64,000 bases of DNA, from IMG/VR virus record IMGVR_UViG_3300029825_000007, positions 1,374 to 65,373 of that record; one strand, 5' to 3'. Origin of the DNA: a virus. A model generated the notes under the pieces. The model made no database searches. It worked only from the letters and a program-made list of their open reading frames with translations, and was not told the DNA's origin. Positions 18,491 to 27,206 of this stretch are shown here, piece after piece; within the stretch, counting starts at the first letter, position 1, and each line of letters starts with the position of its first letter. A program made the position numbers and the translations under genes.

Positions 18491-19108
18491 CTATCGAAAT
18501 GTCTCGATGCATCTGCAATTCACTATCATTTCTGGTGGTGCGCCTAAGGAATCATCCATAGGGAACATCATTTTGTAACCACCGATATTGAATGGTTCGT
18601 TAATTGGCCTGATTTGTCCATCGGCAACATAATGCGCTTTTCTGGTTTTTTCATCTCTATGTGAGTGCCACACATGATATCGGTATCCGTGCTTATTGGC
18701 ATTGTCGCTGTTTTTATGGTTATACATCAATTCTGATTCATTGAGCGAAATGTCCTTTGCTCTAGTGGGCTTAAAAGCATTATTAAGGCTGCCACGTTTC
18801 CAATTAACTGTAGTATCAATAATGTCTTTTGCGAAATTCTTAGAACGCTGTGTGCCCCAAATATCAAAGTCACCAATCAATGTAGCTTGTTTATAAATCT
18901 CTTCTAATTGGTTAATATAGACATCTGCCATAACTGCGAACATTTCCGGGTCAACATCATATGATACTTTCAGCTTGTTAAAAAAGGGAACTAACAAAGT
19001 GTAAAATCGCTTTGCCGTTCTCTCTCTTCTCTGTTTTTCGTCTTCTGGTATATCTATTGTGCTAAAATATAATTTATTGATTTCATCAAATCCGAATATT
19101 GTAGGCAT
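18491..19108 (-). CDS. minor head / head morphogenesis protein (SPP1 gp7 family)
   Basis: The C-terminal motif ..HSHRDEKTRKAHYVADGQ...PPEMIVNCRCIE is characteristic of this family. The gene follows the portal gene. Confidence 0.7.
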   Translation of the reverse strand: MPTIFGFDEINKLYFSTIDIPEDEKQRRERTAKRFYTLLVPFFNKLKVSYDVDPEMFAVMADVYINQLEEIYKQATLIGDFDIWGTQRSKNFAKDIIDTTVNWKRGSLNNAFKPTRAKDISLNESELMYNHKNSDNANKHGYRYHVWHSHRDEKTRKAHYVADGQIRPINEPFNIGGYKMMFPMDDSLGAPPEMIVNCRCIETFR

Positions 19109-19117
19109 TTATATCAC

Positions 19118-20701
19118 CTACTTCCCTATGACCGGGCTATTGCTTGCCTGATCTGACAAATCCTGATCATCAAGATTCTTCTTTATGTCCTCTGTAAACT
19201 TGTCTGTACCCTCTTCTTGCGGCTCCAATGTGTTAGGGGCATCATTCTTTATCTTGCTATCCTGATAGTCCTCTATACGCTTTTTAGAATCATTCCAAAC
19301 TTGCTGTGGGTCGCTGAACAGATCAATAACCTTAAGAGCGTCTCTGCCGTCAACCATATTATTTATAAGAGTTGCATAAGCATTGACTTTTGTTATCATA
19401 TCGTAGGTTTTATTGCGTTTGAACTGTGGTTCAATGTCAGATATTTTTAAGTCTCTCAACGGATTGTTAGCATCCAAATCGCCAGACTTATTTATTATTC
19501 TAAGAATCAGCCTTAATTCTCGCATTCTTGCTTGCCTGATAATCTGCGATTCCTTACATGCCGCAACTTCCGCAGCACTCCATCCAGAACTCATACTCAT
19601 CGCTGAACCTGTTGAGCCACCACCCGGCTCACTTCTCAATGGAACATCACACTTCTGCAATATCGTATCTCTACGTCTCTTAATATCATTTGTAATACCA
19701 GAATAGTCAAACTGAACTGACATTGGCTTGATATTGGGTTTCTTGCCATTTGCATCACCATGTGGAGGTGTCTCGGTACTTATCCAATCACCAGATTCTG
19801 GCTGTTGAACATTTCCTTCATCATCTTTGGGAAATTGAATATCATTCGCCCACCATAGCGTCTGAGTCGTCTGCGTTACTTGATTAGAGAAGTCAGAAAC
19901 AAGAACATTCAAAGCATTCATATCACTTAATTGACGCTCAAAACATCCCATTCTGTCATAGGACCGGATATATTCTATTATTGGAATCATGCCCCAAGGG
20001 TTCATCTCTCCTGACCGAGATCTTTCAGTAAAATATAATTTTTCTGTTGGATTTCCGTTTATCATTCTCGGCGATAGTTTTACCTCATATCGTAATTCAT
20101 CTGTAAAACACGTATATAGCGTTTGTCCGTCTTTAGTGGTTCGATACATAACACCAAGAACCGGACGTTGCGTAACGTCATTTGCGTAAACGACAAAGGT
20201 ATGCAGTGGATTAAGTGTATACAGATCAAATACGGAACCGCCATCATAATCATGCTTCATATCAACGTATCTGTATCCGATACCTACAATTTCAATATAT
20301 CTTGCCAAATCCTGATCTTTGGAAAAACATCCCTCATCATCCAACATTTCATTGAGCATCCCAACAGCATTATCATCCTTGTCACTGTTGGAATTGTTAA
20401 GGTCCTTACTTCCGCGCTGAGATAATGTAATCGGATTTCCCCAATTATATCCGAGCTTAAATTCTGTAATCTGATTAGCAACATTATCCACGATCTTGTT
20501 GTTGACATCTTTCCGAATGTTCTTCTCGCGATTTAGAATCGGCTGATTGCCTTTCTCGTAACTCAAAAGTAATTTCATATCAGCGACATTGGCATAGTGG
20601 TATGGCAGTGAATCTTCAAGGACCTTGAATACTTGATTTGCACTCATTATCTCTGTTATGTCTGTGTATATCTTTTTTCTTCCCATCTGTTCCATTGTCA
20701 T
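19118..20701 (-). CDS. portal protein
   Basis: 527 aa, between the terminase and the gp7-like protein. AAAGGTGGTGA RBS. The gene ends with TAG. Confidence 0.75.
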   Translation of the reverse strand: MTMEQMGRKKIYTDITEIMSANQVFKVLEDSLPYHYANVADMKLLLSYEKGNQPILNREKNIRKDVNNKIVDNVANQITEFKLGYNWGNPITLSQRGSKDLNNSNSDKDDNAVGMLNEMLDDEGCFSKDQDLARYIEIVGIGYRYVDMKHDYDGGSVFDLYTLNPLHTFVVYANDVTQRPVLGVMYRTTKDGQTLYTCFTDELRYEVKLSPRMINGNPTEKLYFTERSRSGEMNPWGMIPIIEYIRSYDRMGCFERQLSDMNALNVLVSDFSNQVTQTTQTLWWANDIQFPKDDEGNVQQPESGDWISTETPPHGDANGKKPNIKPMSVQFDYSGITNDIKRRRDTILQKCDVPLRSEPGGGSTGSAMSMSSGWSAAEVAACKESQIIRQARMRELRLILRIINKSGDLDANNPLRDLKISDIEPQFKRNKTYDMITKVNAYATLINNMVDGRDALKVIDLFSDPQQVWNDSKKRIEDYQDSKIKNDAPNTLEPQEEGTDKFTEDIKKNLDDQDLSDQASNSPVIGK

Positions 20702-20931
20702 TCACCACCTTTCTGTTGTCATTGTTGAACGTACATCCGCTTGAGGTATTATGATTATGTGTTATCCACTTTTTATCTCTGAAATAAATTTTCATATTTT
20801 CACACTCAAAAAAAGCATCACTCGGACTTCCATTTCCGGGCAACGCTCTTTTATGTCAAATTTTTATATACTTTTTTACAATACCATTATATCACATCTA
20901 TTCTGGTAATTGTGGTACACGTGTCCTATTA

Positions 20932-21372
20932 TCAATCTTTGTGTAATTTACTCATGAATCTATCAATCTTTTTTCCAATCGCTTCTCTTGAATAGCACAA
21001 TTCATCTGCTATCTCCCGGTCTTTCATTCCGTCTATGTATTTCATTTCAAATATCTGTCTCATTTCCAGATCGTCTATGTTTTCTATAAACTTTTCAATT
21101 TCGATCTGCATAGTTTCGGCAATTTCTTCATTCGCTTTGATATCAATTAATAGTTGTGCCCTCTGTGACTGTTTCTCTTTATCACATTTCATCCCAATAC
21201 CAGAAACAACGAAATGTGCTTCTGCATAGGGAAACTGATTCATGGAACCTTTTACAACGCCATGCTCTGTGACTTTCAGAAATTCAGAGACACGTTTCTT
21301 TTTTTTACGTAGTCTTTCAATTTCTTTTTGCAAGTAAATATATTTTGAAAGGTATTCTCTTGTTATTTCCAT
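20932..21372 (-). CDS. sigma-70 region-4-like / ArpU-RinA-type transcriptional regulator
   Basis: 146 aa. The C-terminal HTH (LEMRQIFEMKYIDGMKDREIADELCYSREAIGKKIDRFMSKL) resembles sigma region 4. Confidence 0.5.
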   Translation of the reverse strand: MEITREYLSKYIYLQKEIERLRKKKKRVSEFLKVTEHGVVKGSMNQFPYAEAHFVVSGIGMKCDKEKQSQRAQLLIDIKANEEIAETMQIEIEKFIENIDDLEMRQIFEMKYIDGMKDREIADELCYSREAIGKKIDRFMSKLHKD

Positions 21373-21383
21373 TTTAAGCCCTC

Positions 21384-23093
21384 CTAGAATGGTGAATGCA
21401 TAATTGTAGTCTTGACTGTGAAACCGCCCTCTATGAACCGCTCAAGCTGTACCAGACCATCAGGAGAATCATCATGTTCATTCTTGCCAATCTGAACAAA
21501 CATGCACAACTCATCTACAGCCTTGTTGTATTCGTCAGTACGCATATAACGTTTTGTTTCTTGATCATCTTTTCTCTTTAATCTCTGTAATTCATAATTC
21601 GCTTTCAAGAAAATAAATCTCCGTTTGATATCACCAGAATACTGAATGATTTTTGCCATCTTAGCCATAGTGTTTGGGGCTTTTGTACTTGTCACACTGC
21701 ACTTGTATCCATCTTGTTCCAAAAGCTCATCTATCTTATCAGCGTACATATTACCGCCGTTATTAGCTTCAAAATTGATCTGCTGAATTTCATATTCTTT
21801 TATTTTACCTGCGACTAATGGTAGAGTAGTTTCTTTCGGTCCTGCATTGAATATCCAATCAACGATGTAAACGTCACCGTTCTCGTATTCAAACCCAATA
21901 GGCATGGACAATGAATCACCACCACCCCACGCCACATCACACGCACTTACAGCCCTCACAAATCCACTTTCTGGTAATACACCATTAAAGAATCGTAAAT
22001 CATCTTCTGGGAATAACAATCCTTCTCTTACGAATGGTCTCTGCTGGTATTTTGCCATCCATTCATTTTTATCAAGTCGGTCTCTCATATCCAGATAATA
22101 TTTTGTTGAGAATCCGCAGCCATACATATAATCAAAATTTGATTCATCATTTTCATTTAATGCAGGGATTTTTCTAAACCGGTAATTTTTATCATTCTTA
22201 TGCTCTTTTTCAACACGGCCTAATGGGTCTATGACATTCCATCTTGTACCGACCATTAATTCCCTGGCTCCATCTTTTTTACGGTCTACAAGGATATTTA
22301 AATAGTCCTGATACCTATTCTCTAATCGCCTAGGGTTTAAAGATTCTTCACGGTCACGGACTAAATCATCCACATACAAATATCCATCAGGTGATATATC
22401 TACAGCACCTGTCCATGTTCCTTCAATTCCTCGACAAGTCAGAGTTGCAAATCTATCAGGGTCACCCAATGTGATTTCTTTCTTTTCTGCTGATTTATTT
22501 GTAATGTTTCCGACTTCTGGAAATATTTCATGAAACGTGTATTCCTCTGTATTAATCAAATTAAGCATTTCACCGTAAAATCCATCCGCTAATATTCCGG
22601 AGTGTCCGGACATAGCATTGTGGCTGTTAGGACGCTTGCCCAGTATCCATGATAAGAAAAATATACACAGAGTGCTCTTGCCCACGCGGCTTGCAAGAGA
22701 CAATCCATAGAACTCAATTGCCCTATCTTCCAAGTCCTGCAAATCATTTACAACTGTCTTTAATGTTTTCTGTCTCGGCAAGTAAAATCTCTTTCTGGGA
22801 TCTCTGTTCTTCTCCATGTAAATCAAGTATGATTCAAATTTATCCCTTGATTCGAACAGCAAACACTGATAATACAGATCAAGAAACTTTTGGTCTTTTG
22901 TATCACTTGTCAATCTAACAGCCCATTGTTTTACAAAACCAGATACCTTATAGCAATATTCTTTTTCGTTCGGATAATCTTGTTTCATGTACTGTGCAGA
23001 TGATAATAATGCAAGCAGCACTTTATATTCTGGTCTCGTTCCTAATCGCTGTTTTAACGCATTTATCCTTTTTTGATGCTCAATTAACTGCAT
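21384..23093 (-). CDS. terL: terminase large subunit
   Basis: 569 aa. It has a Walker A-like motif (SRVGKST), an acidic Walker B-type motif (LYVDDLV), and the size and position of a terminase with a nuclease C-domain. Confidence 0.8.
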   Translation of the reverse strand: MQLIEHQKRINALKQRLGTRPEYKVLLALLSSAQYMKQDYPNEKEYCYKVSGFVKQWAVRLTSDTKDQKFLDLYYQCLLFESRDKFESYLIYMEKNRDPRKRFYLPRQKTLKTVVNDLQDLEDRAIEFYGLSLASRVGKSTLCIFFLSWILGKRPNSHNAMSGHSGILADGFYGEMLNLINTEEYTFHEIFPEVGNITNKSAEKKEITLGDPDRFATLTCRGIEGTWTGAVDISPDGYLYVDDLVRDREESLNPRRLENRYQDYLNILVDRKKDGARELMVGTRWNVIDPLGRVEKEHKNDKNYRFRKIPALNENDESNFDYMYGCGFSTKYYLDMRDRLDKNEWMAKYQQRPFVREGLLFPEDDLRFFNGVLPESGFVRAVSACDVAWGGGDSLSMPIGFEYENGDVYIVDWIFNAGPKETTLPLVAGKIKEYEIQQINFEANNGGNMYADKIDELLEQDGYKCSVTSTKAPNTMAKMAKIIQYSGDIKRRFIFLKANYELQRLKRKDDQETKRYMRTDEYNKAVDELCMFVQIGKNEHDDSPDGLVQLERFIEGGFTVKTTIMHSPF

Positions 23094-23152
23094 AAAAATA
23101 GAGAACCTCCCTACAGTGTAGTTATGGCTCTCTCATGGCTCTATTTAAATAT

Positions 23153-23335
23153 TTACTTATATGAATTGCATAACGCTTCATATGCGTATGAAAGATTAGA
23201 CACGCTTTCTGAAATTATGTTGTCAGATGTGTTTATAGAGGAATCAGTAATATCACTTAGGCACAAGTCTATTGCATCTATAATTGACTCTTTTACTTCT
23301 TCTACACGTTGCTGTGCATTATCTTTTTCAGTCAT
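23153..23335 (-). CDS. small acidic hypothetical protein
   Basis: 60-aa ORF upstream of terL on the same strand. Confidence 0.3.
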   Translation of the reverse strand: MTEKDNAQQRVEEVKESIIDAIDLCLSDITDSSINTSDNIISESVSNLSYAYEALCNSYK

Positions 23336-23347
23336 TTAATTATCTCC

Positions 23348-23515
23348 CTATCCTTTTATCATACTATCAATTGAATCAAGCATTATTGACCATGCCAGAC
23401 AAGCTGTAGAACTACGATATATTCCTTTGAAATAATAATAACATCCTAATATTAGCGCAATTGTGCTTGATACAGTAAGTATTATTTTTATAGTATATTT
23501 TATAACATCTTTCAT
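23348..23515 (-). CDS. small membrane protein
   Basis: AGAGGAG RBS upstream of the ATG at 23515 (MKDVIKYTIKIILTVSSTIALILGCYYYF...). Two hydrophobic segments. Confidence 0.4.
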   Translation of the reverse strand: MKDVIKYTIKIILTVSSTIALILGCYYYFKGIYRSSTACLAWSIMLDSIDSMIKG

Positions 23516-23516
23516 C

Positions 23517-23711
23517 TCACATCTCCTCTGCATTACTCCATGATCGTTCTGGAATACATACATTAAACTCTTTCTTGCAATTACTTCCTTTACATTTTAG
23601 AGATAAATTATGTATAACAGTTTTACTATTAATTTTTAGATTCTTTTTTCCACAATATGGACATGTAACCCATTCTTCTTCATTTTCATCAAACTGAATT
23701 CTGCCTAACAT
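23517..23711 (-). CDS. zinc-ribbon protein
   Basis: It has CPYCGKK...C..SNC cysteine pairs. 64 aa. Confidence 0.4.
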   Translation of the reverse strand: MLGRIQFDENEEEWVTCPYCGKKNLKINSKTVIHNLSLKCKGSNCKKEFNVCIPERSWSNAEEM

Positions 23712-23769
23712 CAGATTATCTCCAATCTATAATTGCATTTTGTATACATTAAATATTAAAAAATAAAAA

Positions 23770-23862
23770 TCAGACTGGCAAGATTCGAACTTGCATCTTA
23801 GAGAATATAAGGAGTGGAAGATTGAAAATTCTCTACGCTTTTCCTAATTAAGCTACATTCTG
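23770..23862 (-). tRNA. tRNA-like module 1 with an expanded anticodon arm
   Basis: The minus strand reads CAGAATG-TA-GCTT-AATTAGGA-AAGC-G-TAGAG(AAT)...(ATT)CTCTA-AGAT-GCAAG-TTCGAAT-CTTGC-CAGTCTG-A. The acceptor, D and T arms are canonical, but the anticodon position holds an 8-bp stem with a 21-nt loop. Confidence 0.55.
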
Positions 23863-23951
23863 TTAGTGACGGGAACGTTTCTCAGGGTTGTTCTTTAACC
23901 GCCACTGTTGCAGTTCATTTGTATTTCCCACCAACCACAACAAAGGGATAA

Positions 23952-24023
23952 CTGAGATAGTTGGACTCGAACCAACAACTTCCTGATTAACGGCCAGGCG
24001 TTCTACCATTGGACTATATCTCA
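23952..24023 (-). tRNA. tRNA-Asn(GUU)-like
   Basis: TGAGATA-TA-GTCC-AATGGTA-GAAC-G-CCTGG-CCGTTAA-TCAGG-AAGTT-GTTGG-TTCGAGT-CCAAC-TATCTCA-G. 72 nt, no encoded CCA, position 33 is C instead of U, and there is one D-stem mismatch. Confidence 0.65.
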
Positions 24024-24026
24024 TTA

Positions 24027-24565
24027 TTACAAACATGATTAACGTTTCCGCTTATTCCCTATAGATTCAATCATATTCGATCACAGTGATGACAAGTCTG
24101 AACTTTCGGGAGCTACCCTAGGCTTCTTGCCACGGTCGAGCACTGGGAGGATTGACTACCTCCAAATTTCACGCATCATTCAGATTATATGTTTTCCATC
24201 ATATGGTATTTGCTGATTGCGCTACTTTAACATTCCGACTTGTGTTATACTCGCATTTCTGCGATTCACAGCAAAAATAATGGCTTATTGGAAATTCCTG
24301 TCTAGTCCGTAGTCTTCCGCACCACTCACATCAACAGGTTATTCTTCCACAGGAAGCGTCTATTGTGCCACCCACAAGGGAACTATCTTTGATTACTCTA
24401 TAATGATACACTGCATGATTTTGTTGTCGGATTCCCGGCTTCTGTCTGACATTCGCATATCAGTCAAAGAATCATCAAGCAAGTATCCCAACTTGACTTT
24501 TCTCAATTCCATACATCTCGGAGTGGATGTTACCCATTTATGCACCGAGGTAATCATGTTTGTAA
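24027..24565 (-). ncRNA. large structured RNA domain (ROOL/GOLLD-class candidate)
   Basis: There is no credible ORF, and the region is visibly more G+C-rich than its flanks. 24027-24041 (TTACAAACATGATTA) is perfectly complementary to 24551-24565 and closes a domain of about 540 nt. Local hairpins lie at 24146-24163, 24251-24264, 24344-24356 and 24517-24549. The domain is flanked on both sides by tRNA(-like) genes. Confidence 0.5.
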
Positions 24566-24660
24566 AAAGAACAGTAGGGTTTGAACCTACAACTCACTGC
24601 GACTTACATTTATCAACCGATATGCACAGTGTGTCTAACTCCTCTATGAGTTATGTTCCT
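24566..24660 (-). tRNA. tRNA-like module 2 (non-canonical core)
   Basis: It has a 7-bp acceptor stem (AGGAACA/TGTTCTT, one G-U) and a canonical T arm (GTAGG-TTCAAAC-CCTAC). The D position holds a 6-bp stem (TAACTC/GAGTTA). The anticodon position holds a CACTG/CAGTG stem enclosing 27 nt, which includes a TATC-GGTT-GATA hairpin. Confidence 0.45.
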
Positions 24661-24929
24661 TTGATTCCGGGCTATGTGGATTTTATATCGCTGCTTGCGG
24701 GATGAATAGTTACGCTGATGCAACGCCCGGATATTGTATCAGAAATTCCTACCGGACCTTGTGACGGTCCTTTAATCAGCATTCCGCTAGTAGGGAAAGG
24801 AGGTCTTCTAAATGAACACCGCATAATCTATCACTGCAATTCACGGTATGTAGAAACTAGAAGATGTGAATGTGATAGAAAGTAGTGAGTAGTGGAATTG
24901 CACCACCTTTAACTACGTCTCACTAAAAT
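24661..24929 (-). ncRNA. further structured non-coding segment contiguous with the RNA locus
   Basis: No ORF is present. Helices include CCGGGC (24668-24673)/GCCCGG (24725-24730), the GGACC-TTGTGAC-GGTCC hairpin (24764-24780), and GTGAG..TAG..TGG-AATTGCA-CCA..CTA..CTCAC (24886-24923). Confidence 0.35.
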
Positions 24930-25091
24930 TTAAATCCAGATTAGAATTGAGTTTATAAAAAACATTGTCATTATTCCTGACATAACTCTTTGTGTATCAC
25001 CTGCGGCACCACGATTTCCTGATGATATTAGAGCCATAAGGAATATATTTAACGCTGTTATTATTGCTTTTATTGGAATTAGAATCATCAT
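24930..25091 (-). CDS. small hydrophobic peptide (53 aa) coupled to the serine recombinase
   Basis: Its ATG overlaps the recombinase stop (TAATG). Translation: MMILIPIKAIITALNIFLMALISSGNRGAAGDTQRVMSGIMTMFFINSILIWI. It is not in the ORF track. Confidence 0.4.
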   Translation of the reverse strand: MMILIPIKAIITALNIFLMALISSGNRGAAGDTQRVMSGIMTMFFINSILIWI

Positions 25092-25651
25092 TATATTAAA
25101 CTCTCTTCTCTTAATTTCCTGTCTAATGTTGACCTTGTTATGCCTAATTTTTTGGCAAGCAATGTCTTTGTCATATGCCCATTTTTATAAGCTTCATATC
25201 CTGACTTTAAATCATCAATGCTTATATCTTTAAATCTTCCATTATACTTTCCACTGGATTTTGCAATCTCAATTCCTTCGCGCTGTCGTTCCAACATGTT
25301 TACACGTTCAAATTCATTAATCGCACCAATCATTGTAAGCATTAATTTTCCAGTAGCCGTTGATGTATCAATGTTTTCCTTGTTGCTTACCAGATGAATG
25401 CCACGATTATTCAATGTTTCAACAATATCAAGTAAATCTTTTGTGCTTCTCGCAAGTCTTGAAAAATCATGAATATAAATCACATCACCAGGTTCTGATT
25501 CTTCCATCATTTTCTTAAACTCTGGTCTATCTGTGTTCTTACCTGATATTTTTTCTTGATACCAAACATCAATATTATGTTGCTCTAATTCTTTAATCTG
25601 TCTCGCTTCATTCTGCTCTATCGTTGATACTCTTACGTATGCTCTGTTCAT
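25091..25651 (-). CDS. small serine recombinase (resolvase/invertase family)
   Basis: 186 aa. The N-terminus AYVRVSTIEQN carries the catalytic Ser. It also has the ..DRPEF.. and ..SRLARS.. motifs and a C-terminal HTH (KTLLAKKLGITRSTLDRKL). Confidence 0.85.
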   Translation of the reverse strand: MNRAYVRVSTIEQNEARQIKELEQHNIDVWYQEKISGKNTDRPEFKKMMEESEPGDVIYIHDFSRLARSTKDLLDIVETLNNRGIHLVSNKENIDTSTATGKLMLTMIGAINEFERVNMLERQREGIEIAKSSGKYNGRFKDISIDDLKSGYEAYKNGHMTKTLLAKKLGITRSTLDRKLREESLI

Positions 25652-25781
25652 AGCTGTTCCCCTCTTTTTTGTGATCTATAGGTATTATATCTTATAGGTC
25701 GTAATATGTCAAGATGTTATTGCTTATAAATAGTAATTATGTTAAAATAACAATCAGCACCATAGGAGGTGGCTATATTAC

Positions 25782-25982
25782 ATGAGAATACGATTAAAAC
25801 AAATTCTTGATCAACAGGGGAAAACACGGAACTGGTTATCTGTTCAAACTGGCATCAGCTACAATGCTATCCATCAATTATACGAGGAACGGACAACCAA
25901 AGTTGAGTTTGATACTATTGAGAAAATATGCAAGGCACTTCAATGTACACCAAACGATATTTTTGAATTAGAGGACAATTAA
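25782..25982 (+). CDS. XRE-family HTH protein
   Basis: MRIRLKQILDQQGKTRNWLSVQTGISYNAIHQLYE.. is a Cro/C1-type HTH. The gene is divergent from the serine recombinase. Confidence 0.7.
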   Translation: MRIRLKQILDQQGKTRNWLSVQTGISYNAIHQLYEERTTKVEFDTIEKICKALQCTPNDIFELEDN

Positions 25983-25999
25983 GTCCTCTTTTTGTTTTT

Positions 26000-26413
26000 T
26001 TAAAATTTTTCGAAATAGCTATATGGCAAATCGTACTTTGTCGCAAGCAACATATTGACAACACTACCTATGTCAGCACGTGTAGTAACTACATTCCGCT
26101 GACAGCACATATATGACAGAATAGCATGAAGCATATCGTATTCATTGAATTCATCCATATCAAATGTATACATCATGGAAAGATCTATCCCTAGTTTTTC
26201 ACTCCAGTATTTTGTGCATCTATCTAACTGTTTCTGAGAATGGAATACTTTTATTGGCTCTTCACTGACCTTATCAAAATCCAGTTCACATGTCCCAACA
26301 TCATATTTGAAATAATCATGTCTATCATTCTCACTCATACATTGTCTACATGGATAATTAATTTCTGAAACATCTGCATTTATACATGTTGCACATAAAT
26401 CAGGTTTACACAT
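26000..26413 (-). CDS. cysteine-rich hypothetical protein
   Basis: 137-aa ORF with N-terminal C..C....C..C pairs. Confidence 0.4.
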   Translation of the reverse strand: MCKPDLCATCINADVSEINYPCRQCMSENDRHDYFKYDVGTCELDFDKVSEEPIKVFHSQKQLDRCTKYWSEKLGIDLSMMYTFDMDEFNEYDMLHAILSYMCCQRNVVTTRADIGSVVNMLLATKYDLPYSYFEKF

Positions 26414-26415
26414 AT

Positions 26416-26685
26416 TTACTCCTTATCCGGGACATGCTTATTCTCCCACTTTTTATATGCATCAATATAAGTTTCATGTTTATCGCCATTATATGTAACC
26501 TCATAGTACATACCGTCGCTTATTGTAGTGCTTAATAATGCTTTCCAGTTCTGTAGAGTTTTACAGAACCAAACAACAAATACATCATCAGTATCTAATT
26601 CAAAATTGTCTGTCCGGTCACAACGGCCATTAAAATAGTCAATAACCAGACCTTTTGCTTTGTCTAACATGTCATCACTATGCAT
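26416..26685 (-). CDS. hypothetical protein
   Basis: 89-aa ORF tightly packed with its neighbours. Confidence 0.4.
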   Translation of the reverse strand: MHSDDMLDKAKGLVIDYFNGRCDRTDNFELDTDDVFVVWFCKTLQNWKALLSTTISDGMYYEVTYNGDKHETYIDAYKKWENKHVPDKE

Positions 26686-26981
26686 TACTTATCTCCTTTT
26701 ATACTTCTCCATCTTCTATTACCTTTGCTTTTATCAATTGAGTAATCCTTTGATAGCACATAGCCTTTTAACTTATCAGCTGAAATACGATACACTGGAA
26801 CCTCATGTCGCGTAACTTCAATGGTGACATTTGTGGCTAACACAGAACCATCCGGCAATACTGAAATGACTTTATAATCTCCATCTTTTTCATGCAGGCG
26901 GCGCAAGAGATCATCCCTGTAATATTCATTTCTCTTGATAATATCGTTTACTTTGAATTTGCTTTTATTAAATAGTTTCAT
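26685..26981 (-). CDS. hypothetical protein
   Basis: 98-aa ORF with a start/stop overlap with the downstream gene. GGAGATAAGCA RBS. Confidence 0.4.
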   Translation of the reverse strand: MKLFNKSKFKVNDIIKRNEYYRDDLLRRLHEKDGDYKVISVLPDGSVLATNVTIEVTRHEVPVYRISADKLKGYVLSKDYSIDKSKGNRRWRSIKGDK

Positions 26982-27000
26982 TGCTTATCTCCTTTTTTAT

Positions 27001-27045
27001 AAAAAATTTCCTCGGTGGGGCGAGATGGTCACAAGACCATGCCCC
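27001..27045 (-). terminator. rho-independent terminator downstream of terS
   Basis: The minus strand reads GGGGC-ATGGTC-TTGT-GACCAT-CTC-GCCCC followed by a T-run (AAATTTTTT). Confidence 0.55.
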
Positions 27046-27206
27046 CTACAGACCCCCTAACCGGGTTAATTGCGACACAAGATAAATATTGATTTTTTTC
27101 GTTGTGATTATGCACAAAAAATATGCAAATTGCTGATTGTCTGATAGGCTATGCTCTACGTTACAATTACAATTGCATACAATAACGGCATATTATCAGA
27201 CTATTG

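Noticed and set aside
24403-24705. A 100-aa plus-strand ORF in the non-coding RNA locus.
   Set aside because: It runs across a tRNA-like cloverleaf and the closing helix, has no RBS, and has an implausible composition. The region is better explained as structured RNA.
24057-25682. A 9-nt inverted match (CCTATAGAT at about 24060 versus ATCTATAGG at about 25674) as possible target sites for the serine recombinase.
   Set aside because: A 9-mer match is expected by chance in a window of this size, and there is no extended similarity around it.
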